Assembly (NCBI GenBank): GCA_000165425.1
Contig: CT868053.1
Span: 62,001-126,000, forward strand
DNA: 64,000 nt
Direction of reading: 5' to 3'
Source of the DNA: Paramecium tetraurelia
Taxonomy: Eukaryota
In this document: piece by piece, positions 1 to 13,261 of the stretch
Layout of the letters: every line of letters begins with the position of its first letter
Numbering within the stretch: the first letter of the stretch is position 1
The notes under the pieces: generated by a model
Databases searched by the model: none
Told to the model about the DNA's origin: nothing
Seen by the model: the letters and a program-made list of their open reading frames with translations, nothing else
Program-made: the position numbers and the translations under genes

Positions 1-1876
1 ACAGACTTTTCATGTATCCCATGTAACAGTGAGCAAGGATTATTTTCTTTAAAAATTGATTCTTAGAAATGTGAAATCAAAGATGATATCTCAACAATAA
101 GTGTTTAGTCTGCTTTATTGAATTTAAAAGCTGGATATTGGAGACCATATTTTGAAACCAATCGAATTAGTAATTGCATAAACAAACCTGAGAATTGTTT
201 AGGAGGATGGATTGAAGGTGATACATCATGTCTCAAAGGCCATATAGGGGCTTTATGTGAAGAATGTGATTTATATGCTATTAGAGAAGGAACTCACTTT
301 TCAACCAGTTAAAAGTACTCCTGTGCTTCATGTTAAGAAACATCTAGGAATTTCATCTTGATCGCTTTTGTGACTATATGGTAATTATTTAGTGATAAAT
401 TTAAGGACTTTAATATCAATTTTCATATCAGTTTAAAGTAATCTAAAGTCTATTAAATAATCAATTAGAGTCACGAGTGTCCTTCTTATTAAATTAGCAG
501 CAATTTAAATCAGTAATTAATCAGCAATTTTAATCAAAATATTAACTAACTATCTGCAAATTTTGGCTGCTATCGCTACATTTAAATTGAAATTACCAAT
601 CTAATTTCAAAGTACTATTGATACTGCAGGATCGCCAGTTTAAACAATGACATATTCAATGGATTGCTTTTTAGCTACCCTTTTCTCATTTGAAATTCAA
701 TATGCCCGAATGATTTGGTAAATTATACTGCCTTTTATTTATATCAGTTTCTTCTTCACATGCTACTTAATTGCAATTAAATTTAAACTTGCTAGTTATA
801 ATAAGAGCGTTATTACAACCACTATTATATACATGTACATCTATTTACAAACGAGTTTAGTCGGAGGATTTGCCCAACTTATATCCTATAGAAACATTTC
901 AGGATACTAGTGGATCTAAGCAAATACTTCCTAAAGATTCGACACCTCTTATCACTATAGGTGGATTCTCTAATTTTGTATTCCTATGCTTACTCTTTTA
1001 TCAATTATAATCCCATCTTATTTCCTATTTAGTTTGAACAGAAACTCTGAAAATTTGGATAAGAATCATGTAAAATCATAATGGGGTTATTTGTATAATG
1101 AATACAAGTACAACGCTTATTTTTGGGAATTAATCAAAATTGCATAAAAATAACTAATGATGATTTGCCTAATTTATTATGATGATAATGTAATCTTAAA
1201 AGCCACTATGGTTGCAATCATTATTGTAGTTTATTTAGAATTAAGTAAGAAATATAAGCCCTATAATCGTGATTAACTAAATAACTTAGATTGTTAAACT
1301 ATGAATACATGTTTGGCCACAATAATTTTAGCAGCTGGCATTTATATTTCAGAATCCACTAATGTGGCTGAAGTAAAAATTCCATATTTTATGTTAATTG
1401 CTATATTGAATATCTTAATTTCTTATATTTTAATATCCAAAATTGTAGTGGAATATTTCAAAAAGGCAGGTCTTACGATGGAAAGAGTAGAAAAATTCAA
1501 ATAATATATCAGAGAAGTCTTTCCTTTTCTTAATAGAGTTCCATTTATATCAAGATTATTAATGGACAATAGAAATAAAAGAAAAAGAATTGCAGAATTA
1601 TATATGAAATTAAAATAATTTTTAATATCATAAGCTAGAGAGATAATTTTATTCAAGAGTTCTTAGTTGAAACTAGACAGTCATAGAAGTTCAGATCAAT
1701 AAATTCACACAAATCAATTAAGCTTAAGAAGCTTACATCTTGGCAAAGATTAAGAATATTTAATTAGAGAATCCTTAAAATAATCTTCATTAAATACTCC
1801 TAAGAATGTTTTGGATTCAAATGTTTTCGATTAAATGTATTATATAAATCTATTATAGAAATTTAAAACGAAATGA
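1..1876 (+). CDS. 3' part of a large ciliate Cys-rich multi-pass membrane protein (5' truncated by window)
   Basis: Open frame under code 6 with a 25-nt intron at 381-405. Cys-rich segment (CLGGWIEGDTSCLKGHIGALCEECD) is followed by several TM helices and WGYLYNEYK..YFWELIK. Ends at TGA 1874-1876. Confidence 0.8.
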
Positions 1877-3224
1877 ATAATTGAAGTCTAAATTTAATAC
1901 TTAAACGTAATTAAATAATAACGAGAAATTTAATGATAATAAGGAGGAATGAGGGATTTTACCATTTATTGAATTTACAATTATATATAATTTCCATTTA
2001 ATAATTAACTTTTATAACATAAAATTCATCTTAATTTTATTAAAATAATTGAAGTGACACTTTTTTAAAGTAATGTTTGGTAATATTATCTATTTTTTAT
2101 ATGTTTAAATAACAAATACAATATTTATTTTATAATATTATTATTTATATTAAGAATGACTCCATATATAATTATATATAAATGCTAATTTACTTAAATT
2201 TTGATATATCTACAGCATCGAAAATTCCTGAATATAGCTACTAACGATATAACTTAGTTGAATTATTTTAGTTGTATTTATTTCTTAAAGATCTACCAGG
2301 ACACTAAATTTTAACACTAATTTATTTTAGGTGTTAGCTGTTCTATATATCTATATCTACCAAGGGTTTGTTGTCTTAATTCGAGGAATTTTCAATTTCT
2401 TAATAAAAGTATCGGAGACTCCGAATTTACTTTCTCATAGACCTCTTTTGTTATAATTTTTAATTTCAATATTTTAAAAGGGTGAAAATTCTAGAGTATT
2501 ATGGAGAGTGAATGATATAAGTTATAGTAAGTAAACAATTGCTTTAGACGCTTGTACTTTAAATTTAGCATTAATTAAGAGTTTTTCTTTGATGGATGCT
2601 TTCATAAATTATTTTATGATTACAATATTCTCAAATATTTAAAGTATGAATTTTTCTTTGCATTGTTTTACTGATTAAATAAAACATTAATGTATAAATT
2701 ATAATTATTCATTTAAGCTTCTTGTTTTATAACAGAAATACAATTCTATAATCCAAAAAGATTCTTCTATTTTTAATTTCGGTTTTTGAAATATAAAAGG
2801 GATATGTTGGACGATATGATAATTTTGTTTATTAAATCTTTCTTCTAAATCAGAATAGTTTAAGTAGTTAATTCAAATTACTACCCAAAAATTAACAATA
2901 TTAAGTATCCAAAGTCTCAAATTTCTAAGAACACTTTAGAGACTTGTTTCTTGAATGAGGTAGATAATTAGTGAATTCTTAAAGGAGTTATTTTGCTTAA
3001 ATTGTAATGCTTAGTGATGATTGGAGATTTGTGGTGATAATATTTCTTTTATTCTGAACAAATAAAGAGCATCCACATATTTGTTTATAGTTCTTAGGTT
3101 CAACTTTAAAGCAGTATATAATTTAGTAATGACATTTTGATCCATTACAGAAAGGTCCTATATAGTTCTTATTATATAATTAGCCATGAATTTAATTTTA
3201 AGAAACTAATAAATTATTTAAAAG

Positions 3225-3975
3225 ATGTTTGTAAAAGAATAAAAATAACCTGATGGTAGCCTAATTCTCTTTCCAAAATCAGAACATAAATATTCATTGA
3301 TTTGGGTAATGTAACAATTTATAATTAGATGCATGGATTGGGGGATACTGCTTATGGATTCTTAAGCATGTTTTAAAAATAATAAATTGTCAACCCAGAA
3401 ACCAAAGTACTTCTACTGTAAGCACCTAAAAGACGAGTTACTATAAATAAAGGCCATGTTAGTTCGAGTTGGTTTGATATTAAGGTACCGGAACCAGATA
3501 TTGAAAAAAATTCAGATTTGGAATATTTTAAAACTGTAAATCTATTATTCATAATTAGACTGTATCTATAGATGAAATTGAGGAGTCAAAAATGATAATC
3601 AATAAATATTTAAATGAAGAGGTAGCTAAGGTATAAGCAAAAAATGTATTCATTGGAGGATTTTCATAAGGTTGTTGTATGGCATTAGAAGTTGGTTTGA
3701 GTTATTCTTAAAAACTTGGAGGCATAATTGGTTTATCAGGAGATCTATTTACTTCGACAAAATTATAGGAAATTTAAGATCAAACTCCACTTTTGATTAT
3801 TCATGGAAAGGATGATTCAGTGGTTCCCTGTGATTTTTTATCACGAAGTCTTGAAAGACTGAAAACACCTAATCGCATAAATTATAATCATATCATACTA
3901 CCAAATCTAGAACATGAAGTTAGTTATAAATGTGTTTAGTTAATGATCCAATTTTTCTAAAAAAATCAGATTTGA
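3225..3975 (+). CDS. acyl-protein thioesterase / lysophospholipase-like alpha/beta hydrolase
   Basis: Motifs W-M-HGLGD, SWFDI, IGGFSQG (Q=TAA), HGKDDSVVP and LEHEV give the Ser-Asp-His triad. Two ~23-nt introns. ATG 3225, TGA 3973-3975. Confidence 0.9.
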
Positions 3976-4638
3976 GTCAATTTATGAAAATGTATATTTT
4001 AATAATAACATATTTAATTGTAATAGTCTCCTTCTTCATCAGAAAAACAATATAATTTAATAACTTTATAGATTTTCTACAATTTAGAAGGAAAAATTGA
4101 AATTATTATGTCAATTTTGCTAATTGGACTGAACAACTCAAAATTATTAAATATATTTGAAATCTTATGTGAAAGAACATTCCTTAGTAAATTATCAAAT
4201 TTAGAATAAATTATTTTTATTCGTTTTACTTGTTTTTTCAGGGTTTACTACGATTATTTTGAATAAATCACAAATATGAATGAACATTACGAAAATAGAT
4301 AAAGATTTAACCAAGATCAATCATATTAAATTTTTAAATGAATAATTATCTACAAACAAACATTCATGATTTCATTTTCTATTAAAGTATTTATCTGAAT
4401 TATTATTATTATAGCTTATAAAAGGTTGAAAGTGGTTCTTTTCAATAAAGAATGATTTCTATCAGGTTTTGAAAACAAATTTTTATAAAAATTAAATATA
4501 TAAATAGGTCAGAGTTGCAACTCACAAAGAGATTTTTGGGAGATCACTAAAATCAGCTTATATTTAGCGTTTAACAAAGCTACTTGTAGTAATTTGGAAC
4601 AGCGCTGTGAATATCAAATTTGATTATAATTAATTAAT

Positions 4639-6122
4639 ATGATTTCATATGCGTCAAATTAACCAGAGTTCTTGATTTCAAAGTTATAGAACTAAAATGT
4701 AATAGAATAGGAAGTTGACAAATGGGATTATAAAAAAGCGAGACTTGTAAAAACTAAAGTTCAAATCAGAATTACTTCAGAAAATAATCTTATTTACTCA
4801 ACATTAGAAGGTGTCGTTTTGAGAGAGTAAGTGATAATTTATTAAGTTTATAAAGAGAAATTTATTAAGACAATTTTGGGTATTTGGAAGTTTTGAAAAA
4901 TATTGAATAAATTGCACATCTCCAATGGCATGGTGAATATGGGCAGAATTATAGAAAATTAGGTAAATGGGAAGCCACATGGGATGGAGAAACTCTTTAA
5001 AATGTTGGAGGGTACTACTAAGAAGGTTTAAAGGAAGGTTTATGGAAAGAGCCAATTAAGAATTATTGGAGGTATGTATAACTAAGGAATGTAAATATAG
5101 TAAAGCCTAAGTATTTGAAAGTGGAGAATATTTTCACAATAAAAGGTAAGGAAGATGGAATTTTACCTAATAAAACAAAAATATGTATTATTATTGACTA
5201 TTAAAGTAATTAAACTATTGGTGGTGGATCATACAATGAGTAAGCTAAGAAAAACGGTAAATGGACAGAATTACATGAAGGGGTATATGATGATTTATAA
5301 GTCACATGGGATGGCGAATACAAAAATGGTTAAAAAGTGGGTAGTTGGAATATTATGAATGACAATTTAAAGATGTAAACATATTAAAATAAAGGCTTAT
5401 GATAATAAATAATATTTATAGTGGAGGTGGATCGTTTGGAGATGGTGATGGATTTAAGTAGGGAAGTTGGGTTGAATTATGGAATGGATTCACTTGTTTT
5501 AGCTGGGTGACTGAAAATGGAGAGTATCAAAATGGTAAAAAGGTTGGTAGATGGGATATGTGGTATAAGGACTATGATAATAAGCAAAGCTTTAAAATGT
5601 AAAAAAAACCATAAGTTTTATGCTGAAGTGGTGGTGGATTATATGATGAAGGAGGCAATAAATTAGGCAATTGGGTGGAACTATCAGATGGTTTTTCTGA
5701 AGGTTCTTAAGTTACTTACGTCGGTGTATATAAAAGTGGAACAAAAATCGGTCAATGGAATATTTGGTACAAGATGGAGTATGGTGATGAGAAAAAAGAA
5801 AGGCTGTAAAAATTCTATATAAAACTTGCATTTAATAATGAAAACGATTATTTTTTTTAGTGGAGGCGGATCGTATGATGAAGAAGGCAATAAGTTAGGA
5901 AATTGGGTGGAAGTATCAGAAGATTTTTCTGAAGAATCTTAAGTCACTTATGTTGGAGTGTATAACAATGGAAAAAAAGTTGGTAGATGGGATATATGGT
6001 ATCAGGAGGATGATGAAAACATTAAAATGTAAGAAATAAAATACAAAGTTCATTATGTATGTTATAGTGGAGGGGGATAATATACTGATGGGATTAAATT
6101 TGGTAAATGGTTGGAAGAGTCG
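4639..6122 (+). CDS. Paramecium-family Gly/Trp-rich beta-repeat protein (MORN-variant/YwqK-like repeats), 3' end lost in N gap
   Basis: Repeats of GGGxYDExGxKxGxWVExxxxFxxxSQVTYxGxYxNGKKVGxWxI, each encoded by its own exon. Introns at 5185-5206, 5375-5421, 5599-5628, 5806-5860 and 6029-6067. Confidence 0.8.
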
Positions 6123-6272
6123 NNNNNNNNNNNNNNNNNNNNNNNNNNNNNNNNNNNNNNNNNNNNNNNNNNNNNNNNNNNNNNNNNNNNNNNNNNNNNN
6201 NNNNNNNNNNNNNNNNNNNNNNNNNNNNNNNNNNNNNNNNNNNNNNNNNNNNNNNNNNNNNNNNNNNNNNNN
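6123..6272. other. assembly gap (run of N)
   Basis: About 150 N between two convergent multigene-family sequences. Confidence 0.99.
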
Positions 6273-6968
6273 CATATTTTTGTATCAGTACCATCCAGTT
6301 TCTCTGAAAATTCCATCCTTCCATTTAATGTGAATTTTATTCATAATATCTTTTTATATTTTCTAAACTTAGTTCTCTATCATCTAATCGATCTTTTAAC
6401 TAATTATCTGAATAACAAATACCATGTCGTAGTAAAATTTTATAGATTTTTATCTAATTTAGAGATTTAGTTTGATAGATTTGAATTGAGTTTTTGAAGT
6501 GTAAATAATTTTTATTCTTTTATTTTAAGATGAGCAGTTAACTTAACACCTTCTAAAATGTCAACTAAAATATTGATATCATGCCAAGATGTATTGCTCA
6601 ATGCTATGTTATCTGTCAAAAATTTGTAGAAAAATTACTCTTAGGACTCAATTTCTTGATACATTTTTAGTGTTGTTTATCTGATAGTTTAAATGAAGAC
6701 TTTAAATTTCTATTCCAATTCGTTAATCATTATTTAGAATCTAAGCCTTTAAGCTTTTAATTGAGACTGATCACTAATTTATAATTCATAGTAGTCTTGC
6801 TTTTAAACGTTCTTAAAATTTTTATATTGTTAGGGTTTTATCAAATGGAATTTTGTGAGTGTAAAGGCAATCTGAGCATAGCATTCTTTAACATTCATGT
6901 TTGGAAATACAAATAAATGAAATTTGTTTCTGAGTATGATTTTTACAATAGACTGGAATGGAAGCCAT
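6273..6968 (-). pseudogene. frameshifted B-box-like zinc finger + coiled-coil family gene
   Basis: MASIPVYCKNHTQKQISFICISKHECQ/RMLCSDCLYTH needs a frameshift. In-frame TGA near 6786 and a second shift, then a coiled coil (..DINILVDILEG..). Runs into the gap. Confidence 0.65.
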
Positions 6969-9032
6969 TAATTTATCAATACTATTAAATTATTTAGTAA
7001 ATAAAACTTGTGAAAGCTAATTAAAAATAGGAATAAATTCTTAATCTAAGGATAAGATTATATATTCTTGTATACATGTTATAATTAAATGAAATTAGAA
7101 TAGTCTACCTTCAATTATATTATCATTTAACTTTAAACAGAGATATATATATATATGTGCGGATGAATCAATTAGAATCTAATAGTAATAATAAATTTAA
7201 TAAGGAAATTTATGCTCCCTTAATATATCCTATTAAATTAATTTAATTTCTTTGTTGATTAATCATTAATATTGTGATTATCCTCCCAAAAAGTATCAGT
7301 TAAAGTCTAATATTCTCAGAGTTTGAATTACCTTCCTTTTTTGCTTCTAAAAATGATTGATAATTTATTCGTTTTTAATCAGACATCTTGCGAAATCCTA
7401 GCCCTAATAACATTTGATGTAGAATTGTTTAAGATCGTAAGTTCTAGTTATTTAATATAAATTCTTAATAAATATGGAAGAATTTATTACTCAGTATTAT
7501 GGAAGTATGTAATATTCACAAATTTCGAAATTATTTTAACTCATATATGTATTAAATTGTTGTTTTATTTCTATAGAGTGAAAATAATTAGAAATTTTAA
7601 TTAATATTTACTTGAACGATTGCGACATTCAAACTATTTTAGGATAGTTGCACAAATGTAAATATAAATTAAGACCATAATTATTTAGACTTTGCTCAAA
7701 TTAGTGTAAATACAGATTTCATACTTATGAAGATTAATAGTAGAAACAAACATTTTACAATATTAAAAGCAATGAAATAAATATATCTAAAATAACAGAT
7801 ATTCTCAATCATTCCTAGGTTTAATAAGCACAATTTTGTGGGTAAAATTGAGGAAAAAACTAAAGATATTAATTTTGAAATGTATAAGCATATAATTATA
7901 CTTTCAGGAGTATTTTATAATGTTAATATAATGAGGATCAAATTAAATTTTATTTAATTGTTTATCATAATATTCTAATATATATTACTGAAATTTCCTA
8001 ATTTTTAAAGCAGATAGAAATGCCTTAAAGAAACAAAATTATGTTGATATCCAAAATAGTTATATTGCTATTTCAGAACTTTTGGTGTTAATTTTAATAT
8101 ATAGAAATAATTTAAAAAAAAAAGTGTTGTTAATATTTTTATAGAAATATAATTATGATAATCTTAAAAGCATAAGGTTTATTATATACAAGTATTTTTT
8201 TTGATCTTACAGATTGATGTCATTAGAATAATTATTATATTATTCACTTATATCCTAATAATTCTCAACAACATGTGTTAATTGGAATTCAAACTGTTAA
8301 TTTTTTTTATTACGTAATTATATTATAATGATTTTATATTGTCATTTCATAATGATCTTCAAATTCAAAAGAAGTATTCAAGGAACTGCAAATTCTATAA
8401 GAAGTTCTATTAGGCCTTATTTTTTATGCTTCTGGCCCTTGTCATTTACTGGTTTGCTGTTAGTGATGGAAATATGTGCTAGATGATCCGTTTTGCTCTT
8501 TCTTCATTTTCCAATTCACTAGAAATTGTCCTTCATAAAAAGAATTAATCAAAAGACAAAATTATGTGTTTGAATACTAACACAAAACTTTAACAAGTAA
8601 ACTTCTTGTAGTATTTGTAATACTTTGTATAAATTTTTTGGTCTTTGAAGACCATTATTCCTAACTTCCAATCATTTGATTCTGCAACCTAACAAAGGTT
8701 GTTTTTTGCTTGGTGCAACTAAGTTTGTTTAACTAAAAAAATATTAATATTATTTATGCTAAAAAATGGAATATATTCACATAATAAACTAGGAATAAAT
8801 TGGTAATATCTAAGAAGCCATAAAGTAGATGAATTATCATTTAATCATTATTGAATTAGTTAACTTAAAAGGGGTCTTTTAAATACATTTAATGAGGTGT
8901 TTTGTATAAATAGCAATAATTTGAATCTTTATTAATTGAATCATTTTAATATTATTTGAAAAATAATACTTATAGTAATTTATTAGAAATGCGCAGATAT
9001 TAAATTATTTTAATTATCTTAAGATAAATAAT

Positions 9033-11733
9033 TCAACCCTTTCCAGCAAAAGATGTCATGTTTGCGAGTGTGGATTGCAATATTCTCAATTTTCTTTGGC
9101 TTACAGCAATATCAGTTTCTAAAATGCCATGTTTGACCATTTTCTTAGCTTAGTACAATTGCAATTAATTCAAAGTTCTGAATGTTTAGAACTTTTAATT
9201 GACTTCCATATTCATCGATTATAATTGGCACCCCAGATGCTATTTCCAAATTGCAATCATTGGAGTACTATTATCACCTAAGCCTAATTAATCTAGAATT
9301 TTCATCAAAGCTGCTCTCCCCTTTTGCATAGCTTAAAAATAAGGGTTAGTTGAGTCCAATCCAACTTCTTACTTTGCAAAATCTAAGTCACATCTTCTGG
9401 CCATTAGAGCATACATGTAAAGCATGTATTTCATATGGGGATGATTATTATAGTAATAATTTGCTATTTTATTGATTAGTTCTTCTGGAACTCTATCCCA
9501 ATAAGCTAATTCTGGGTGAGTGAAGGAGCATCTATCGCTATTGCAATATGCTTGAACTATGGCTCTCTGATTCTTTATACTTTCAAAAGGCTTAGCAACC
9601 TCTCTGCTTCCTGCAAAATTGAAAGATTCAACCATAGTTTTGACAACTTAATTTTTCACATACAAGTCGTTGTACTCTTTTGTCTTTTACATTGCTCTTT
9701 AAGGAACTCCAATAGCATTATCTACACTATTACCAAAAATTTACCTAATTCAAACAAAAAATCCATGTATTCATAGGAAGGTTCGAAATCATCACTATAA
9801 TTTATATTTGATAAGCCATTTAACAAAAACGTAAAGGCAACATCTTCGCTAGCAAACTCTGAGGTAAAGTAGTGACCTTAGATAGTTCTTATATGCCTTT
9901 TTCGTTGTGCTCTCGTCAAGGCTTAATACTTAGTATGGATCAATGTGTAAGGCCCACCTCCTCTTTCTGGAGTGATACCCTACCCCATATAAATATACTT
10001 CTCTGGATTCCTTTTGTATTCCCTCATATTTCTAAGTTCTGTCAAGATCAAGCCATCTCTTTATCGCGTGTCACTACTGGCAATCATAGTTATTTTAGAA
10101 TCAGTATTGTTTGATGAAGAAAAGGTTTCTAACAATGGCACTATTTCTACATTCTCCACCTTATACTGGTTAATTAATTCATTAACTAAATCATACTATG
10201 ATTAAGTTTGGAAATTGGCAATAATAATCATGTCTGCTGCTTAACCATTGGCATTTAAAAGCGAGAGTTCTTTGAATATATTCTTGATCATTGGTTTGAT
10301 TTTGTTAAGCTAAATAAGAATATATAAGTATTTATACATCTGTCAAATCTTCACCAGCCAGTCTAATTTGTCCCAATACTCCTGTTAGTCTGAAAATAGA
10401 ATAGAGTTTCTTCAACTTTAAAGCAATAAAGTATTCTTTAGAATCATCATTTTTAGCCAAGATGTGATCTAGAATTTAATTAATTTAATCCTCTATCTTT
10501 TTAATATTGAAAATAGGCATTTATTAATAAAATTCTTCAAGTGAAATCTCCTTCTTGACTCTAAATTTTTCACTTAAATCTCTTATGTCCTTGCTATAAT
10601 CCAAAGCTGATTAATATAATTCTAAAATCTTCTTAAAATCTTCATTCTCCTCCAATTTTGCTTCAGCAATATACTCCTTGTACTATTACAATGTCAAATC
10701 AATTGTCAATCCATGTGTATAAGACATAATACCAATTTCCTAATGAATAGAAATGAGAAGTCTACCATTCCAGGATGATTATCAAAATCAAATGTCAACC
10801 AAGTCCCAGGAGTTTCAAAATAATACTCAGGGTTTTACAAACCAAGTTCATAAGCCTGAGCTACAGCCTTAATAAGATTTGGTAAATATTAGGAATGATA
10901 GATTAATGATTCTTCAATGTAAGAGACTTTCTATAATATGTGGTGTTAGAATATTTACATTAAATACTCTTTGTTTGTTGGATTGGATGAATAATTTGGC
11001 AGCATACTTAAGATACTTGTAGTCATTTTATTCGATCCCTTGGAGCATTCTACTTATAGCAATTAACTAGGTCAATGAATTTGGTTGTGTAGGATGAGAA
11101 GTAAACACATACTTCACTCTGTTGACTTTTGACTAAAAATTTATACATAATAATATGTCGGTACTTTGTCTCGTTGATTAAAAAATTCGATAATCCTAAA
11201 CTACTCCAAATACTCATAACGAGCATAATGACTGCTCAGTCTATCAAATATCATTAAGCTATAGATATGCCATAATAATGGTTCTGGAAAGTCCTTGTCC
11301 TCACAACTCAAGTTTTCCATATCCTTCCCTTAATACGTATTATCAAAATAAATGGATAAGGCATCCTGAAAGAGTTAGGCTTCTTCTGAAGTCAGGTTAT
11401 CAACGTATGCATCTAAGAGTTATAGCATAGTCTTTTTCTTTCTAGGGTTAATGTGTCTGAAGTAATTATTTCCCAGGTCCATTAATCGAATTGGAGATTA
11501 TTCTAGTAATGGTTCTTCTTATATGAATTTTTGAATTTCTATAATCGAACATCTTTTATCACTATAGTTTATTGAATTGATGATTACTCTGCATTGGCTG
11601 CTATCCAAAGCATATCATTTTCTCTTAATTACTTTTCTTTCACATTCTCAGACAACAAGTATTTTGGTAAGTATCTTGAGGCTTAGTAAATGCGAGTTGC
11701 ACTTTTAAGGTGGGATGCAATTGATCGTATCAT
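9033..11733 (-). CDS. highly divergent phosphoenolpyruvate carboxylase-like protein with predicted mitochondrial presequence (~845 aa, 6 introns)
   Basis: PEPC motifs occur in the correct order: VFTSHPTQ, GTWLTFDFDNHP, GQIRLAG, IVPLLET, MIASSDTRQRDG, YMGQGITPERGGGP, RTIQG, FAGSREVAK..KNQRAI, and C-terminal ..AGKG*. N-terminus MIRSIASHLKSATRIYQASRYLPKYLLS is Arg/Ser-rich with no acidic residues. Confidence 0.8.
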
Positions 11734-12308
11734 AGTTTGTAAATTAATTATAATTGTTCGAGAATAGTGATAATATATTCTGGTTTTTGGTAATATAAAT
11801 CATAAATTACAGAGCAAGTCTAATTGCATGGTATCTATGGGTTCTTGTAATTTAGGAATTTGACTTATTTGAGTAATGAATTATTACACTGATATTTATT
11901 AATGATTGAAGTAAAAGTAAATTATAATTGAATAATTAATTCAAAATGAAGATGTCCTAGTTGTACGATTTATGCTACCAGACTACAGGCATTACTATTC
12001 TTATAAAATAATAGTTACAAAATAACTGTTATTAATTATTTACAGTTATTTTATTTAATATTATCATTACAATAAGATTTATAAAATTGATTATTATAAT
12101 ATTTCTATTTAAGTTTCATCTTATAACTCAAATATTGTCATCTTTTAAATCATATAATCTTTATATTATGATATTTATTTTATTATTTATTTAATACAAT
12201 TACTACTCATTATAGAATCTATTAGGAGAAACATAAACATTACTAATTAAAATTAAGTAGATAAGTAAGATTCTACCATATGTCTGATATGTTATTTTAT
12301 TATTTTAG

Positions 12309-13261
12309 AATAGGAACCCAAAAATTAAACATGTTAGCCAATAAGAATTATCAACATGTATTTCGAATGAAAAGTTTTGTGTCACTAGAGGAACTGGTTA
12401 CTAAGCTACAAATTAGGCTTGTTGTATTACTTCATCAAGTGGATTACTTTATGAATGGGTAATTACGCAAAGGTTTTGTACTATAAAAGTTTTCTTACTG
12501 CTCTCTTAAAATTGATTGCTGAAGAAGAATGCATCAATTATTTGACCAAATTTACAGCTAAAAAAGGTGGGGGGATGTATTGTTAAATCAACTTGTGTAG
12601 GTACTTTGATTGAATCTGCTTGCACAACCGCTTTGAATGGAACCGTCAGCTCTTGGAACTCTGAACTACAAAAATGTATAGATCATGATTGATTAGATTT
12701 TGGTGGAAATTCTCACCTTGATTGCCAACTTAAGAAACCTGTTTATACGCAAGAATCTAAAATTGCGTATAAAGGATGTGTGTCACTTAAACATCAACTT
12801 TGGAGGGAACATGTAGTTTGATGACTGGTTATGCATCTGCAAATATTGATTAAAATTCTTATTACATCACTAGAGATAGATGTCATTGGCATAAAAATAC
12901 AACTACAAATTCAACATCATGCATGATTCATGATTCATACAGGTGAGACCAATTAGGATACAAATGGAGCTTCCACTAAATTTTCAACTGGGATAAGAAG
13001 ATATAATAAATTTGTGCAGTTCACACAGGAATTTGTCAAGCAATTGATCCATTGGCATTAACTAACGATGATTGCTTCTTGATTACTGGCTACACATATA
13101 TATGGAACACTTCAGATAATAAATGTGGAGTCTGTGCAACTGATAATCAAGTTAATAATCCCGCAAACAACAACAGCAACTAAACAGTTAATAATACTAG
13201 TACAGATTCAGGGTATCTTTTTGGAGAAACCATAATTATTGTTGGATATCTCATATCTTGA
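12309..13261 (+). pseudogene. decayed Cys-periodic surface-antigen-like (mini-antigen) gene with GPI-type tail
   Basis: Cys/Thr/Trp-rich fragments in shifting frames with internal TGAs. The end is intact-looking: CQAIDPLALTNDDCFLITGYTYIWNTSDNKCGVC..TDSGYLFGETIIIVGYLIS*. Confidence 0.6.

Noticed and set aside
2330..3190. Coding-like fragments
   Set aside because: Multiple TGAs in the frames examined and no recognisable motif. At most a decayed relic.
5916..6470. Several ORFs containing X runs
   Set aside because: Artefacts of the N gap.
8340..8720. Coding-like minus-strand fragment
   Set aside because: No consistent ATG-to-TGA spliced model and no motif.
9880..9945. DPYQVLSL resembling a DnaJ domain start
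   Set aside because: Off-frame reading within the PEPC-like gene, with no HPD motif.
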